Shown here piece by piece: positions 20,261 through 29,611 of a stretch of 64,000 bases of DNA. The stretch is taken from positions 16,941 to 80,940 of the forward strand of contig CACEVB010000002.1 in NCBI GenBank assembly GCA_902562875.1. Reading direction: 5' to 3'. Position 1 is the first letter of the stretch, and each line of letters starts with the position of its first letter. Source of the stretch: an uncultured Pelagibacteraceae bacterium (GTDB lineage: Bacteria > Pseudomonadota > Alphaproteobacteria > Pelagibacterales > Pelagibacteraceae). The notes beneath the pieces were generated by a model. That model was not told where the DNA came from, did no database searches, and worked only from the letters and a program-made list of their open reading frames with translations. The position numbers and the translations under genes were made by a program.

Positions 20261-21691
20261 TTACCTTAATTTCCAAGTGACAATAGGTGCAAATGTTGCA
20301 AATAAAAAAGACAAAAACAATAAAGATTGAGATACAAATGCTGGAAAAAAATCTACTGGAAATATTATTCCTACAAGTAATGATTTAGAAAAATCTGGAA
20401 ATGGAAATAGTAGAATCCCTAAAGTTAAGCCAAATATAATAGAAATATATGCTTTTTTTTCGTTAAATGATTTAGAATAAAATCCATAAAATACACTTAA
20501 TACAGCAGCACAACAAAATAGATCAGCTAATAAAAATAAATATAAAATACTTAATCCTTTTGATGCAATAAAAAAAGTTATTAACGAGAGAAACAAAATG
20601 ATTTTATTGGACAATTTTTGATAGTTACTTTTAAATTTTATCGCTTTTTTTCCGTCTACAATTATCAAGCTAGAAATACCATTTATCAACGTATCTATAC
20701 TACTTACTGTTAAAGAGATTGCCAAAAAAATTATTATTATAGACAAAATTTCTACTTGATCTTGAAACAACAATGAAAAAAATGCAAGGTCAGGAACAAC
20801 ATCTGAATTTTGAGAAACGGCTATAAGTCCGCTGAAACCCATTAAAAATACTATAGGTATTATTATTATAAAAGAAATAATTAAACTTTTTTTAAGCATT
20901 TTATTATTTTTTGCTGCATATACTCTTTGCCAGTTTCCTTGATGGAAAAGATTTGTTGCAGCAACTGCAATAAAAAAAGTTATTCCAGCTGTAAAATTAG
21001 GTAAATAGTTTGAGCTCAAAAGATTAGGTTTATTATTTCTAATAAAATCAAAACTAAATATTCCTTCATTAAACGATGTTAAATATGAGTAGGCAATTAC
21101 AATTAATATCCCAAAAATAATAAATTGAATATTGTCCGTAAATATTGATGCACGTAAACCACCATATAATGTATATGCAAGTGAACTTACAATAACTATT
21201 ATAGCTGTAATCCATAAATCAGTTCCTGAAATATAATTTAGTAAAATAGAAACAGCTGTAACCTCAGCAATCAAGAATATAGTCATGTAGAATATTGATA
21301 AAATTAAAATTAATTTAAAAAGTTTATGACCAAAATGTAATCTAATTACTTCGATTAGAGATTTACTATTTGGAAAAGATTTTCTGAATTTTTCTCCTAA
21401 ATAAATCAAAGCAAATAATGGAAAAGCTGTTCCTAACGCGTAGCCTATTACTGCTCCAACGCCTCCCCAGGTGGCGGCTGACGCAGGTCCAAACAATATC
21501 CAGGCCCCTAATGCTGAAGCAACTAGGCTAGTCGTTAGTGAGAATGTTTCAATACTTCTATTGGCTACTAAATAATTATTAATTCCTTTGAACCTTTTTG
21601 AATAAACAATTCCAATTATAGCAAATAGTGAACAAATAATTATAGTTATAGTTATTGAAAAAGATTGGCTTAGTAGATTTATTTTATTCAT
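20261..21691 (-). CDS. thiV: Sodium:solute symporter, ThiV-type thiamin-precursor (HMP) transporter
   Basis: SSS motifs (YTLYGGLRASIFTD, WQRVYAAK) plus an upstream TPP-type riboswitch. Confidence 0.8.
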   Translation of the reverse strand: MNKINLLSQSFSITITIIICSLFAIIGIVYSKRFKGINNYLVANRSIETFSLTTSLVASALGAWILFGPASAATWGGVGAVIGYALGTAFPLFALIYLGEKFRKSFPNSKSLIEVIRLHFGHKLFKLILILSIFYMTIFLIAEVTAVSILLNYISGTDLWITAIIVIVSSLAYTLYGGLRASIFTDNIQFIIFGILIVIAYSYLTSFNEGIFSFDFIRNNKPNLLSSNYLPNFTAGITFFIAVAATNLFHQGNWQRVYAAKNNKMLKKSLIISFIIIIPIVFLMGFSGLIAVSQNSDVVPDLAFFSLLFQDQVEILSIIIIFLAISLTVSSIDTLINGISSLIIVDGKKAIKFKSNYQKLSNKIILFLSLITFFIASKGLSILYLFLLADLFCCAAVLSVFYGFYSKSFNEKKAYISIIFGLTLGILLFPFPDFSKSLLVGIIFPVDFFPAFVSQSLLFLSFLFATFAPIVTWKLR

Positions 21692-21760
21692 TTATCCCTT
21701 TCTGAATTACCGGACAGGTTCATTGGGTTTAATCTCAGTCTTGCGACACCCCTCTAAAAA
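21690..21760 (-). ncRNA. TPP (THI-box)-family riboswitch, variant
   Basis: GGGGU-GUC-GCAA-GAC-UGAGA-UUAA-ACCC-AAUGAA-CCU-GU-CCGG-UAAU-UCAG-AA-AGG-GAUAAAUG: P2, P3 (GNRA loop), UGAGA, P4 and L5 UAAU are present; the SD overlaps P4/P1. Confidence 0.88.
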
Positions 21761-21776
21761 TATACAATTATTTATT

Positions 21777-22838
21777 TTAAAAGCAAACTAAATGTTTTAT
21801 GTGTATTGGTTTTTTAATTCCAAATGTATCATCTATTTGATGTTGATGAACATGGTGAGAATGTACGAATACTGATATATTTTTATTGCTTTTTGTTCTA
21901 AGAGTATAAATAAAGTTAGTCCCTTTAAATTTTTTATCAACTACATAAAGTTGTAAGTTACTTTTATCATCGTGTTCTAAATCTTCTGGTTGTAAGAGTA
22001 ATTTTACTTGTGTGCCTATTTTATGTTCATTTACAAAATTACCTTTTATAATCCCAAGGTCTTCATTCTCTAAAGTATACTGTCCAGTTACTATAGCTGG
22101 GACTAGAACACCCCTATTCAAAAAATTGACCACTTTCACAGAATTAGGATAATGATAAACATTATATGGCTCATCAAATTGTTTTAATTTTTTGTCAAGG
22201 ATAACACCACATTTATCACCTAAATAAAATGCCTCATTAGAGTCATGTGTGACAATTATAGTTGTAATTTTAAATTCTTTTAAAATTTTTTTTAATTTAA
22301 CCTGAATTTCTTCCTTAAAATTTTCATCTATGTTAGAAAGAGGTTCATCCAATAATAATAAATCTGGATTTGAAACTAGTGCCCTGGTTAATGAAGCTCT
22401 TTGAGCTTCGCCCGCACTTATTTGATGTGGGTATTTATTTAAGATTTTTTCTATGTTCAATATTTTAACAATTTTTTTTTGGTCTATTTTTTTTTTATAT
22501 GCAGCATTGTTTCTATTTGCTCCAAATTTAATATTTTTCTCAATTGTATAATGAGGAAATAAAGCATTTTCTTGAAATGACATGGAAATATTTCTATTTT
22601 CTGGATCAATATGATTTGAACTAGAAGATAAAACTTTTGATTTAAGTTTAATTGATCCTTTCTCAATTTTTTGAAGGCCAGCAATTGATCTTAGAATTGT
22701 TGTTTTTCCTATACCTGATGGGCCTAATAAGCAAATAATTTCTCCAGCTTTCCTAATATTTAGTGACAGGTTTTTAATCTTAACATTTCCATCAACTTGA
22801 AAATCAACATTTTTAATTTCTAAATAGTTTTTAGTCAT
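21777..22838 (-). CDS. fbpC: Fe(III) ABC transporter ATP-binding protein
   Basis: GPSGIGKT, LLLLDEP, VTHD; HSHHVHQH tail; operon context. Confidence 0.88.
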   Translation of the reverse strand: MTKNYLEIKNVDFQVDGNVKIKNLSLNIRKAGEIICLLGPSGIGKTTILRSIAGLQKIEKGSIKLKSKVLSSSSNHIDPENRNISMSFQENALFPHYTIEKNIKFGANRNNAAYKKKIDQKKIVKILNIEKILNKYPHQISAGEAQRASLTRALVSNPDLLLLDEPLSNIDENFKEEIQVKLKKILKEFKITTIIVTHDSNEAFYLGDKCGVILDKKLKQFDEPYNVYHYPNSVKVVNFLNRGVLVPAIVTGQYTLENEDLGIIKGNFVNEHKIGTQVKLLLQPEDLEHDDKSNLQLYVVDKKFKGTNFIYTLRTKSNKNISVFVHSHHVHQHQIDDTFGIKKPIHIKHLVCF

Positions 22839-24453
22839 TACTCTCTTTAAGAATATATTTAGATATTAGTATAATAAACAAACTTGCAATTAATACCAAA
22901 AATAAAGATGGTACCGCAGCCGCCTCCAGTAAATCCTGTGATGCATAAATATAGGCGGTTGTTGCAAATGTTTCAAAATTAAAAGGTCTTAAAATTAATG
23001 TTATTGGTAACTCTCTTATTATTTCTAGAGAAATTAGTATTGAAACAAAAAAAATCGAGCTTTTTAGGTAAGGAATATGAATATTTAAAAAAGTCTTAAA
23101 TTTTGAGTAACCTGCTAAGTAAGCACTTTCGTCTAAAGATTTACTTAATTTGTCATAGCTGGATTTTATCCCATTGCATGATAAAGAATAAAATCTAACA
23201 AAATATGCAATTATTAATCCAAATATAGAACCGATAAACATTTTTTTTATAGAATTTATTTCAAAGAAATTTATTATTGTATCATCAAACCATGCAACAA
23301 AAGTAATATATGCAACTGCTAAAATAACTCCAGGTAAAGCATATCCAGATATCGATATTGTTGTTAGAAAATTTAAAAACTTGCTATTGCTTACTCTGCT
23401 CCCGTAATTTGAAATAAAAGAGAAAATAATCAAAATTAAAGATGATAAAGAAACTAACAAAAGTGTGTTTAAAATTAATTCTCCAATATTTAAGTCAAAA
23501 TAATTTTTTGGATATAAGATTGTCCAATATAACATTTGAGCTATAGGGAATATAAAACTTAAAAAAAATATAATAAAGCAAATTAAAAAAGCTAAAAAAG
23601 AATTTAAACCATATAGTTTTATTCTTTCTATTTTTTTAAATCCACCTTGTAATGGTGAATGATATTTAGCTTTATTTCTAGAAAAGTTTTCAACTATAAA
23701 AAAAGTAAAAATAAAAAGTAACAAATAAAATGATAATTGATTAGAAAAAACTAAATCATCAAAAGATAACCAAGAATTATAGATTGCTGTTGTTAGTGTA
23801 TTAATGCTAAAAAAATCAACTGCCCCAAAATCAGACAAGGTTTCCATTGCGACCAGAGCCAATCCGGCTACAATCGCAGGTCTAGCTGACGGTATTATAA
23901 TCTTAAATAATGATCTAAATTTTGTAAAACCTAAATTTCTACCTAGCTCTATTAAATTATATGATTGGTAAAAAAATGATGCTCTAGTTAATATATATAC
24001 ATAAGCATAAATCGAAAATGAAATAGATAATATGGCTCCAATCATACCGTCAAATTTTGGAATATATGAATTATAATTTCCCTCACCAAATAGTGACTTT
24101 AGAATTGTAAATGCCGTTCCATAGTTTTCAAAAAAAGCTGTTAACGAATATGCATAAATATATGGTGGCACAGCAAAACCTAATATTAATGACCATTTGA
24201 AAAAATTTACAAAAGGAAATGAGTAAAATGATACTAAGTAAGCTGAGCTAACACCAAATATTAATGTTAAAAATAAAACTCCCAATAAAAGTATAAATGA
24301 ATTTGATATATATTCGAATAAAAATGTATCTTTTAAAATTTCAAAATAATTGCTTGTGTTTTCAAAGAAACTAAAGAAAACAGTAATAACAGGTAAAATT
24401 ACAATAAGTGATATTAAAAAAGTGCTTATATACCAAATGTTAAAATTTTTCAT
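22831..24453 (-). CDS. fbpB: Fe(III) ABC transporter permease
   Basis: Duplicated permease, ARPAIVAG, METLSDFGAV, ELPITLILRPFNFET. Confidence 0.92.
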   Translation of the reverse strand: MKNFNIWYISTFLISLIVILPVITVFFSFFENTSNYFEILKDTFLFEYISNSFILLLGVLFLTLIFGVSSAYLVSFYSFPFVNFFKWSLILGFAVPPYIYAYSLTAFFENYGTAFTILKSLFGEGNYNSYIPKFDGMIGAILSISFSIYAYVYILTRASFFYQSYNLIELGRNLGFTKFRSLFKIIIPSARPAIVAGLALVAMETLSDFGAVDFFSINTLTTAIYNSWLSFDDLVFSNQLSFYLLLFIFTFFIVENFSRNKAKYHSPLQGGFKKIERIKLYGLNSFLAFLICFIIFFLSFIFPIAQMLYWTILYPKNYFDLNIGELILNTLLLVSLSSLILIIFSFISNYGSRVSNSKFLNFLTTISISGYALPGVILAVAYITFVAWFDDTIINFFEINSIKKMFIGSIFGLIIAYFVRFYSLSCNGIKSSYDKLSKSLDESAYLAGYSKFKTFLNIHIPYLKSSIFFVSILISLEIIRELPITLILRPFNFETFATTAYIYASQDLLEAAAVPSLFLVLIASLFIILISKYILKESND

Positions 24454-24484
24454 TTAACTAATTTTTAACCATGAAAAATTAGGT

Positions 24485-24518
24485 GTGTCCACAATAAAGG
24501 AGACTTTATCGTGGACAC
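24485..24518 (-). other. 15-bp stem-loop between fbpA and fbpB
   Basis: Minus strand GUGUCCAC-G-AUAAAG-UCUC-CUUUAU-U-GUGGACAC, followed by ACCUAAUUUUU. Confidence 0.75.
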
Positions 24519-24531
24519 TAAATTGAAAAAT

Positions 24532-24705
24532 CTATTTATTAAAAACTTTTAGGATTTGCGGAAATTCCTTAGTTTCTATTTTAGATATTTCTCTCCCATT
24601 TATTCTTCTATTGATCTTTTCACACTCCGAAGCACACGTAGGGCATGCTTCGGAAGATTTATTTAGATCAATCTCTTGAATAAATTCTTTATCTCTAGTT
24701 GACAT
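24532..24705 (-). CDS. 57-aa micro-ORF with a CPTCxxxC motif inside the iron operon
   Basis: Manual translation MSTRDKEFIQEIDLNKSSEACPTCASECEKINRRINGREISKIETKEFPQILKVFNK; starts 1 nt after the fbpA stop; overlaps a hairpin at 24626-24654. Confidence 0.55.
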   Translation of the reverse strand: MSTRDKEFIQEIDLNKSSEACPTCASECEKINRRINGREISKIETKEFPQILKVFNK

Positions 24706-24706
24706 A

Positions 24707-25735
24707 TTATTTCCAACCAGCTCCTGTCATTGCTGTAACGGCCGCTGCTTGATTTTTTCCATAATTAACAACTTTAGTTTTTAGATCTTGTTTAAAATCT
24801 AATCCCATGTTTACAACTAATTCATGAGGTGAAACACCTGCAATCATTGGATACTCAAAAGTATTATTTACAATATGTTCCTGAGCTTCTTTGCTAAGTA
24901 AAAATTCTACTAGAGCAATTGCATTAGATTTATTTGGAGCACCTTTCACTAAACCTGCACAACTAATATTCATATGTGTTCCTCTGCCATCCTGATTAGG
25001 GAAAAATGGTTTAACTTTTTTAGCAGCTTCTTGTTGCTCCGCTCCTTTTTTTCCCGATAACATTAAAGCCAAATAGTAAGTATTAGCTACAGCAATATCT
25101 GCTTCACCAGCTGCAACAGCCATAATTTGTGCCCTGTCGTTACCTTTTGGAGTCCTTGCCATGTTAGACACGACTCCCTCTGCCCAAGCTTCTGTTGCTT
25201 TTTTTCCATTATTTTTAATTAGTGAAGCTACTAATGATTGGTTATAGATGTTGTTTGATTTTCTAATTACTAATCTACCTTTCCATTTTGGATCGGCTAA
25301 ACTTTCATAAGTTAAACCAGCTAATTCAGCTCCAGTTACTCTCTCTGGTGCAAAGTAAACTATTCTTGCTCTTTTAGCTATCCCAACCCAGCTTGATGTT
25401 CTAAAGTTTTTTGGAACTGCTGATTTTATTGCATCAGAGGATAATCCTGCTTGCAACATTCCTTTGGATTTAAATGCTCCACATCTTCCTGCATCAGCAG
25501 TAATGTAAAGATCTGCGGTTCCGCCGCCCTCTTCAATTATCCTTTTTTCTAAAGCCCCTGATTTCCCAGAAACAACATTTACTTTAATTCCAGAATTTGC
25601 AGTAAACTTTTCATATAGTTGAATATCACTATCATAGTGTCTTGCGCTATAAACGTTAACAACACCGTGGCCATCTGCAAGTGCTGGACCTAACAATAAT
25701 GAAAATATTATTGCTATCGAACTTAACAATCTCAT
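24707..25735 (-). CDS. fbpA: Fe(III) ABC transporter substrate-binding protein (FutA/FbpA/SfuC type)
   Basis: Signal peptide, VYSARHY, YNQSL, GNDRAQI, ANTYY iron-ligand tyrosines; AAGGAGAG SD. Confidence 0.95.
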   Translation of the reverse strand: MRLLSSIAIIFSLLLGPALADGHGVVNVYSARHYDSDIQLYEKFTANSGIKVNVVSGKSGALEKRIIEEGGGTADLYITADAGRCGAFKSKGMLQAGLSSDAIKSAVPKNFRTSSWVGIAKRARIVYFAPERVTGAELAGLTYESLADPKWKGRLVIRKSNNIYNQSLVASLIKNNGKKATEAWAEGVVSNMARTPKGNDRAQIMAVAAGEADIAVANTYYLALMLSGKKGAEQQEAAKKVKPFFPNQDGRGTHMNISCAGLVKGAPNKSNAIALVEFLLSKEAQEHIVNNTFEYPMIAGVSPHELVVNMGLDFKQDLKTKVVNYGKNQAAAVTAMTGAGWK

Positions 25736-25787
25736 TTATTCTCTCCTTAATTTAGTTAAATGAATCCTTAAATGAGCATCTTGTAAT

Positions 25788-25824
25788 TGATTATTATTAT
25801 CAATGCAAATGATAATTATTATCA
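25788..25824. promoter_or_regulatory. Tandem Fur boxes upstream of fbpA
   Basis: Perfect 7-1-7 TGATAAT-T-ATTATCA at 25810-25824 and one-mismatch TGATTAT-T-ATTATCA at 25788-25802. Confidence 0.85.
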
Positions 25825-25872
25825 TATTGTAGCAGGTAAAAAGGTCTATTTCCTTGTATTTTTACCTTTTTT

Positions 25873-26763
25873 CTAAAATTCCCATTCTTGAATTTTACTA
25901 TATAGAAAGTTTCTAAATGATGTAACTCTTGCAACATTTTTTAATGATGCTGGATATACGAAGTGAGCCTCTGTTATTGGTCCTTCAACAGTCGGAAGCA
26001 CTTTTACAATATTTGGTTGTTTCATAGTGATATAATCTGGTAGCGCAGCTAAACCCACCCCACTTTGCACTGCTAGTAGAAGTCCATAAACACTGTTAAC
26101 TCTCATACAAGTTTTTCTCTTTTTATTCTCTTTCATGCCCAATTTTAGAGCCCAGTCAGGGTTAAAAACTGGTGAAGGTGCACCTTTCCCGAAAGATATA
26201 AACTTATGTTTATTTAAATCATTTAGTGTTTTAGGATATCCGTATTTTTCTAAATATTTTGGTGATCCATAAATATGGTAATTAATATCAACTAACTTTT
26301 TTTGAATATAATTTAGTTGTTTTGGTCTTCTCATGAAAATACCAATATCTGCCTGTCTTGTACTTAAATCTAGCTCTTTATTATCAAAAACTAGCTCTAC
26401 TTCAATTTCTGGATTTAAATCCATAAATTCTTGAATTCTGGGAGTTAACCATGTGGTCCCAAAGCTAAGCACAGTGGTTACTACTAGTTTGCCGCTAGGT
26501 TTATCTTTTTTATCACTTAAAGTTGTCTCAACCTCTTTTAATTTACTTATTACCTCATGAGCGGTTTTAAATACATATTCGCCATTTTCTGTTAATGTTA
26601 AACCTCTTGCATGTCTCTCAAATAATTTGACTTTTAGGTCTTCTTCAAGTGATTGAATCTGTCTACTGATTGCAGATTGACTTAAATTTAATAAGACAGT
26701 AGCGCTAGTGAAACTACCTGCTTCAGCAACTGCATGAAAAATTTTTAATTTATCCCAATCCAT
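25873..26763 (-). CDS. vtlR: LysR-family regulator, VtlR/LsrB-like
   Basis: MDWDKLKIFHAVAEAGSFT, LSQSAISRQI, RHARGL, ELDL..RQAD, FRNFLYSKIQEW resemble alphaproteobacterial VtlR/LsrB. Confidence 0.75.
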   Translation of the reverse strand: MDWDKLKIFHAVAEAGSFTSATVLLNLSQSAISRQIQSLEEDLKVKLFERHARGLTLTENGEYVFKTAHEVISKLKEVETTLSDKKDKPSGKLVVTTVLSFGTTWLTPRIQEFMDLNPEIEVELVFDNKELDLSTRQADIGIFMRRPKQLNYIQKKLVDINYHIYGSPKYLEKYGYPKTLNDLNKHKFISFGKGAPSPVFNPDWALKLGMKENKKRKTCMRVNSVYGLLLAVQSGVGLAALPDYITMKQPNIVKVLPTVEGPITEAHFVYPASLKNVARVTSFRNFLYSKIQEWEF

Positions 26764-27765
26764 TTATTTATTCACATTTACCAAAATTTTATTTGTTAAT
26801 TTACCCTCTAACATATTTGGAAACGTTTCTAATAATTCCTCTAAATTTAATTCTTTTATCGATTTTTCTAAAATTTTAAAATCAACTAATCCTGGAAACT
26901 CTCCCCAAATAAACTCTTTTCTTTTTTTGCTAATATTAACTGAATCAACACCCCAAAGCTTAACCGCTCTTAGAATAAATGGTAAAACATTTGTATTAAG
27001 TTTGTTGCTACTCGCATTACCACACAAAGCGACAATACCTTTAGGTTTAGTTTGTGATATTGCGTTTGATAAAATGTTTCCACCAACAGTATCTACAACT
27101 CCGTCCCAAGTACCTTTATCCAAAAGCTTAGGTTCACCCTCAAATTCTTTACGATTTATAACGTTTTTTGCACCAAGTTCTTTTAAATAATTTTCCTTAT
27201 CTGGTTTACCTGTTATAGCAGTAACATTTATACCCATCTTCGATAAGACCATTACTGCAACCATTCCAACTCCACCTGTGGATCCAGTCACTAAAACATC
27301 CTCAACTTTGCTTTGTAAAAGAAGTTCTTCTCTCGCTTTTACTGAAAACGCACAAAGCAAAGCAGTTAATCCAGCAGTACCTAAAATCATTGCCTGTTTT
27401 GTGTTTATTCCTGCCGGACATTTAATTAAGAAATCTTTCTTAATTTTTGCATATTGTGAGTATCCTCCATGAAAAAGCTCACCTACTCTACAACCTGTCA
27501 AAATCACTTTATCTCCCTCTTTAAATTCAGCATTATTGGTTTCAGCAACGGTTCCTGAAAAATCAATACCTGGAATTCTTGGAAATTCCTTAACAAGTTT
27601 ACCCCCATTTTTTAAAATCATTGCATCTTTAAAATTTAAATCTGAATAGTCAACTTTTACTAAAACATCTCCCTCTTTAAGAAAGCTTCTATCTAATTCT
27701 TTTACCTCTCTTGAAAATTCCTCATTTTGATTATCTATAACTATGGCTTTGAATTTTTCGGACAT
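26764..27765 (-). CDS. acuI: Acryloyl-CoA reductase (YhdH/AcuI, MDR family)
   Basis: YSDLNFKD, PGIDFSG, GTAGLTA, VTGSTGGVG, PFILRAV.LWGVDSV. Confidence 0.88.
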   Translation of the reverse strand: MSEKFKAIVIDNQNEEFSREVKELDRSFLKEGDVLVKVDYSDLNFKDAMILKNGGKLVKEFPRIPGIDFSGTVAETNNAEFKEGDKVILTGCRVGELFHGGYSQYAKIKKDFLIKCPAGINTKQAMILGTAGLTALLCAFSVKAREELLLQSKVEDVLVTGSTGGVGMVAVMVLSKMGINVTAITGKPDKENYLKELGAKNVINRKEFEGEPKLLDKGTWDGVVDTVGGNILSNAISQTKPKGIVALCGNASSNKLNTNVLPFILRAVKLWGVDSVNISKKRKEFIWGEFPGLVDFKILEKSIKELNLEELLETFPNMLEGKLTNKILVNVNK

Positions 27766-27785
27766 TTTAAAATGAATATTAAATA

Positions 27786-28397
27786 TTATTTACTAATGAA
27801 TCGCAAATATCTATTTTGATAACTTAAGTCTTCCTTAAATTGACCTAGGTAATAATTTGTAACTGTTGTAGCTTGTTCTTTTTTAATTCCTCGCATTGTC
27901 ATGCACTGGTGAGTTGAGTCAATTGTAACTGCCACACCTTTTGCGTCTAATGTTTTCATTAAAGTAGTTGCTATTTGCATTGTTAATCTTTCTTGGGTTT
28001 GAAGTCTCTTTGAAAACACTTCAACAACTCTTGCAAGTTTGCTAAGCCCCACCACTCTTTCGTTTGGTATATAAGCAACGTGCGCTATACCTATAATTGG
28101 TGCCATATGGTGTTCACAATGACTTTGTACAGAAATATTTTTTTGCACAACCATATCATCGTAACCGTTAACATCTCCAAAAGTTTTATCTAAAATTTTG
28201 TTTGGATCTTCTTTATATCCTTTAAAATATTCTTTGAATGCTTTTGTTACTCTTTTAGGTGTTTCAATTAAACCTTCTCTTGTCGGATCCTCTCCGATCC
28301 ATTTTAATATTTTGATAAATGCCTCTTCTGCCTCTTTGTCAGAAATTTTATTACTATCTTTAAATTCAACAATTTTATTTTTTTCAAATTTCATCAA
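27786..28397 (-). CDS. folE: GTP cyclohydrolase I
   Basis: SHCEHH, GLSKLAR, RLQTQERLT, HQCMTMRG. Confidence 0.97.
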   Translation of the reverse strand: MMKFEKNKIVEFKDSNKISDKEAEEAFIKILKWIGEDPTREGLIETPKRVTKAFKEYFKGYKEDPNKILDKTFGDVNGYDDMVVQKNISVQSHCEHHMAPIIGIAHVAYIPNERVVGLSKLARVVEVFSKRLQTQERLTMQIATTLMKTLDAKGVAVTIDSTHQCMTMRGIKKEQATTVTNYYLGQFKEDLSYQNRYLRFISK

Positions 28398-28468
28398 AAT
28401 CGTTATATATATAAATTATTAATTTTAAAATATTTAATATATTTCCAAATATGCTAATAAAATAACTT

Positions 28469-28936
28469 ATGTTTAAAAAAAGAGAAAATGTTGTTGAAAT
28501 AGAGGAGGGAAACCTACTTTCTCCAAAATTTGATAATAATGGATTGATTCCAGTTGTGACAACTTGCGCAAAAACAAAAGAGGTATTGATGCATGGCTAC
28601 ATGAATGTGGAGTCATTAAAACTTACCATAGAGACTGGGGAGGCTCATTATTGGAGTAGATCGAGAAAACAAGTATGGCACAAAGGAAAAATTAGTGGTT
28701 TTAAACAACAGGTATCTGAGTTAAGAATTGACGATGATCAAGACACTATCTGGATGAAAGTCGATATTGGAAAAGGATCTAGTTGTCATGTTGGATATAG
28801 ATCTTGTTTTTATAGGTCAATACCTTTAGGTAAAATTAAAAATGGAAGAAATATTAAAATGAATTTTGAAGAAAAAAAAAAAAAATTTGACCCAGATAAA
28901 GTTTACAAGGGAGAACCAAACCCTACGAAAGTATAA
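28469..28936 (+). CDS. hisI: Phosphoribosyl-AMP cyclohydrolase
   Basis: YWSRSR, WHKG, DDDQD, CHVGYRSCFYR. Confidence 0.95.
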   Translation: MFKKRENVVEIEEGNLLSPKFDNNGLIPVVTTCAKTKEVLMHGYMNVESLKLTIETGEAHYWSRSRKQVWHKGKISGFKQQVSELRIDDDQDTIWMKVDIGKGSSCHVGYRSCFYRSIPLGKIKNGRNIKMNFEEKKKKFDPDKVYKGEPNPTKV

Positions 28937-28969
28937 GAATAATTTAATGGAATTAAATTATAATATTTT

Positions 28970-29611
28970 ATGGAAAAGATTAATTTTGAATTAATAAGAC
29001 GATTTGGTCCCTCTGTATTCAAGGTCAAAATGCCAGACAAACTTGTTGTGAATCTAAATAATTATATTGATGGAATAATAGATGATAAAGAAAAATCTAC
29101 ATCTCTCGATAAGGGAGAAAGCTTAGTAGGTGATGTCACACAAGAGTTTAAAATCGAAAATAAAATGATGGAGGAAAGTGGATGGGCAAGATTTTTAGCT
29201 GACTGTGCTCAAAAATGGATAGAAATAGAGACTGAAAAAAAAATATCAAAATTTCAAATGTTGGACTCCTGGATTGTAAGACAATTTAAAAATGAATATA
29301 ATCCAACTCATTGGCATAGTGGTCATATATCCGGTGCGGGTTTTTTAAAAGTTCCATCAAATTTGGGAACACATGTTCAAAAAAAACAGACGAAAGATTA
29401 TAGAGGTGGAAATTTGCAATTGATACATGGATCAAAAATGTTTTTATGTCATTCTACTTTAAACATTATACCAAAAGTAGGAGATTTTTATTTTTTCCCG
29501 AATTATATGATGCATAGCGTTTTTCCTTTTAAAGGTTCTGACGAAGAAAGAAGATCGATTTCATTTAATGCTAATATAGATGAAAATATTTATAATGTTT
29601 ATGGTAAATAA
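28970..29611 (+). CDS. Putative 2OG-Fe(II) oxygenase (TIGR02466-like)
   Basis: YNPTHWHSGHISG, FFPNYMMHSVFPF, RRSISFN. Confidence 0.75.
   Translation: MEKINFELIRRFGPSVFKVKMPDKLVVNLNNYIDGIIDDKEKSTSLDKGESLVGDVTQEFKIENKMMEESGWARFLADCAQKWIEIETEKKISKFQMLDSWIVRQFKNEYNPTHWHSGHISGAGFLKVPSNLGTHVQKKQTKDYRGGNLQLIHGSKMFLCHSTLNIIPKVGDFYFFPNYMMHSVFPFKGSDEERRSISFNANIDENIYNVYGK

Noticed and set aside
28970-29611. TIGR02466-like oxygenase as a prophage remnant
   Set aside because: No phage genes, integrase or att-like repeats nearby.
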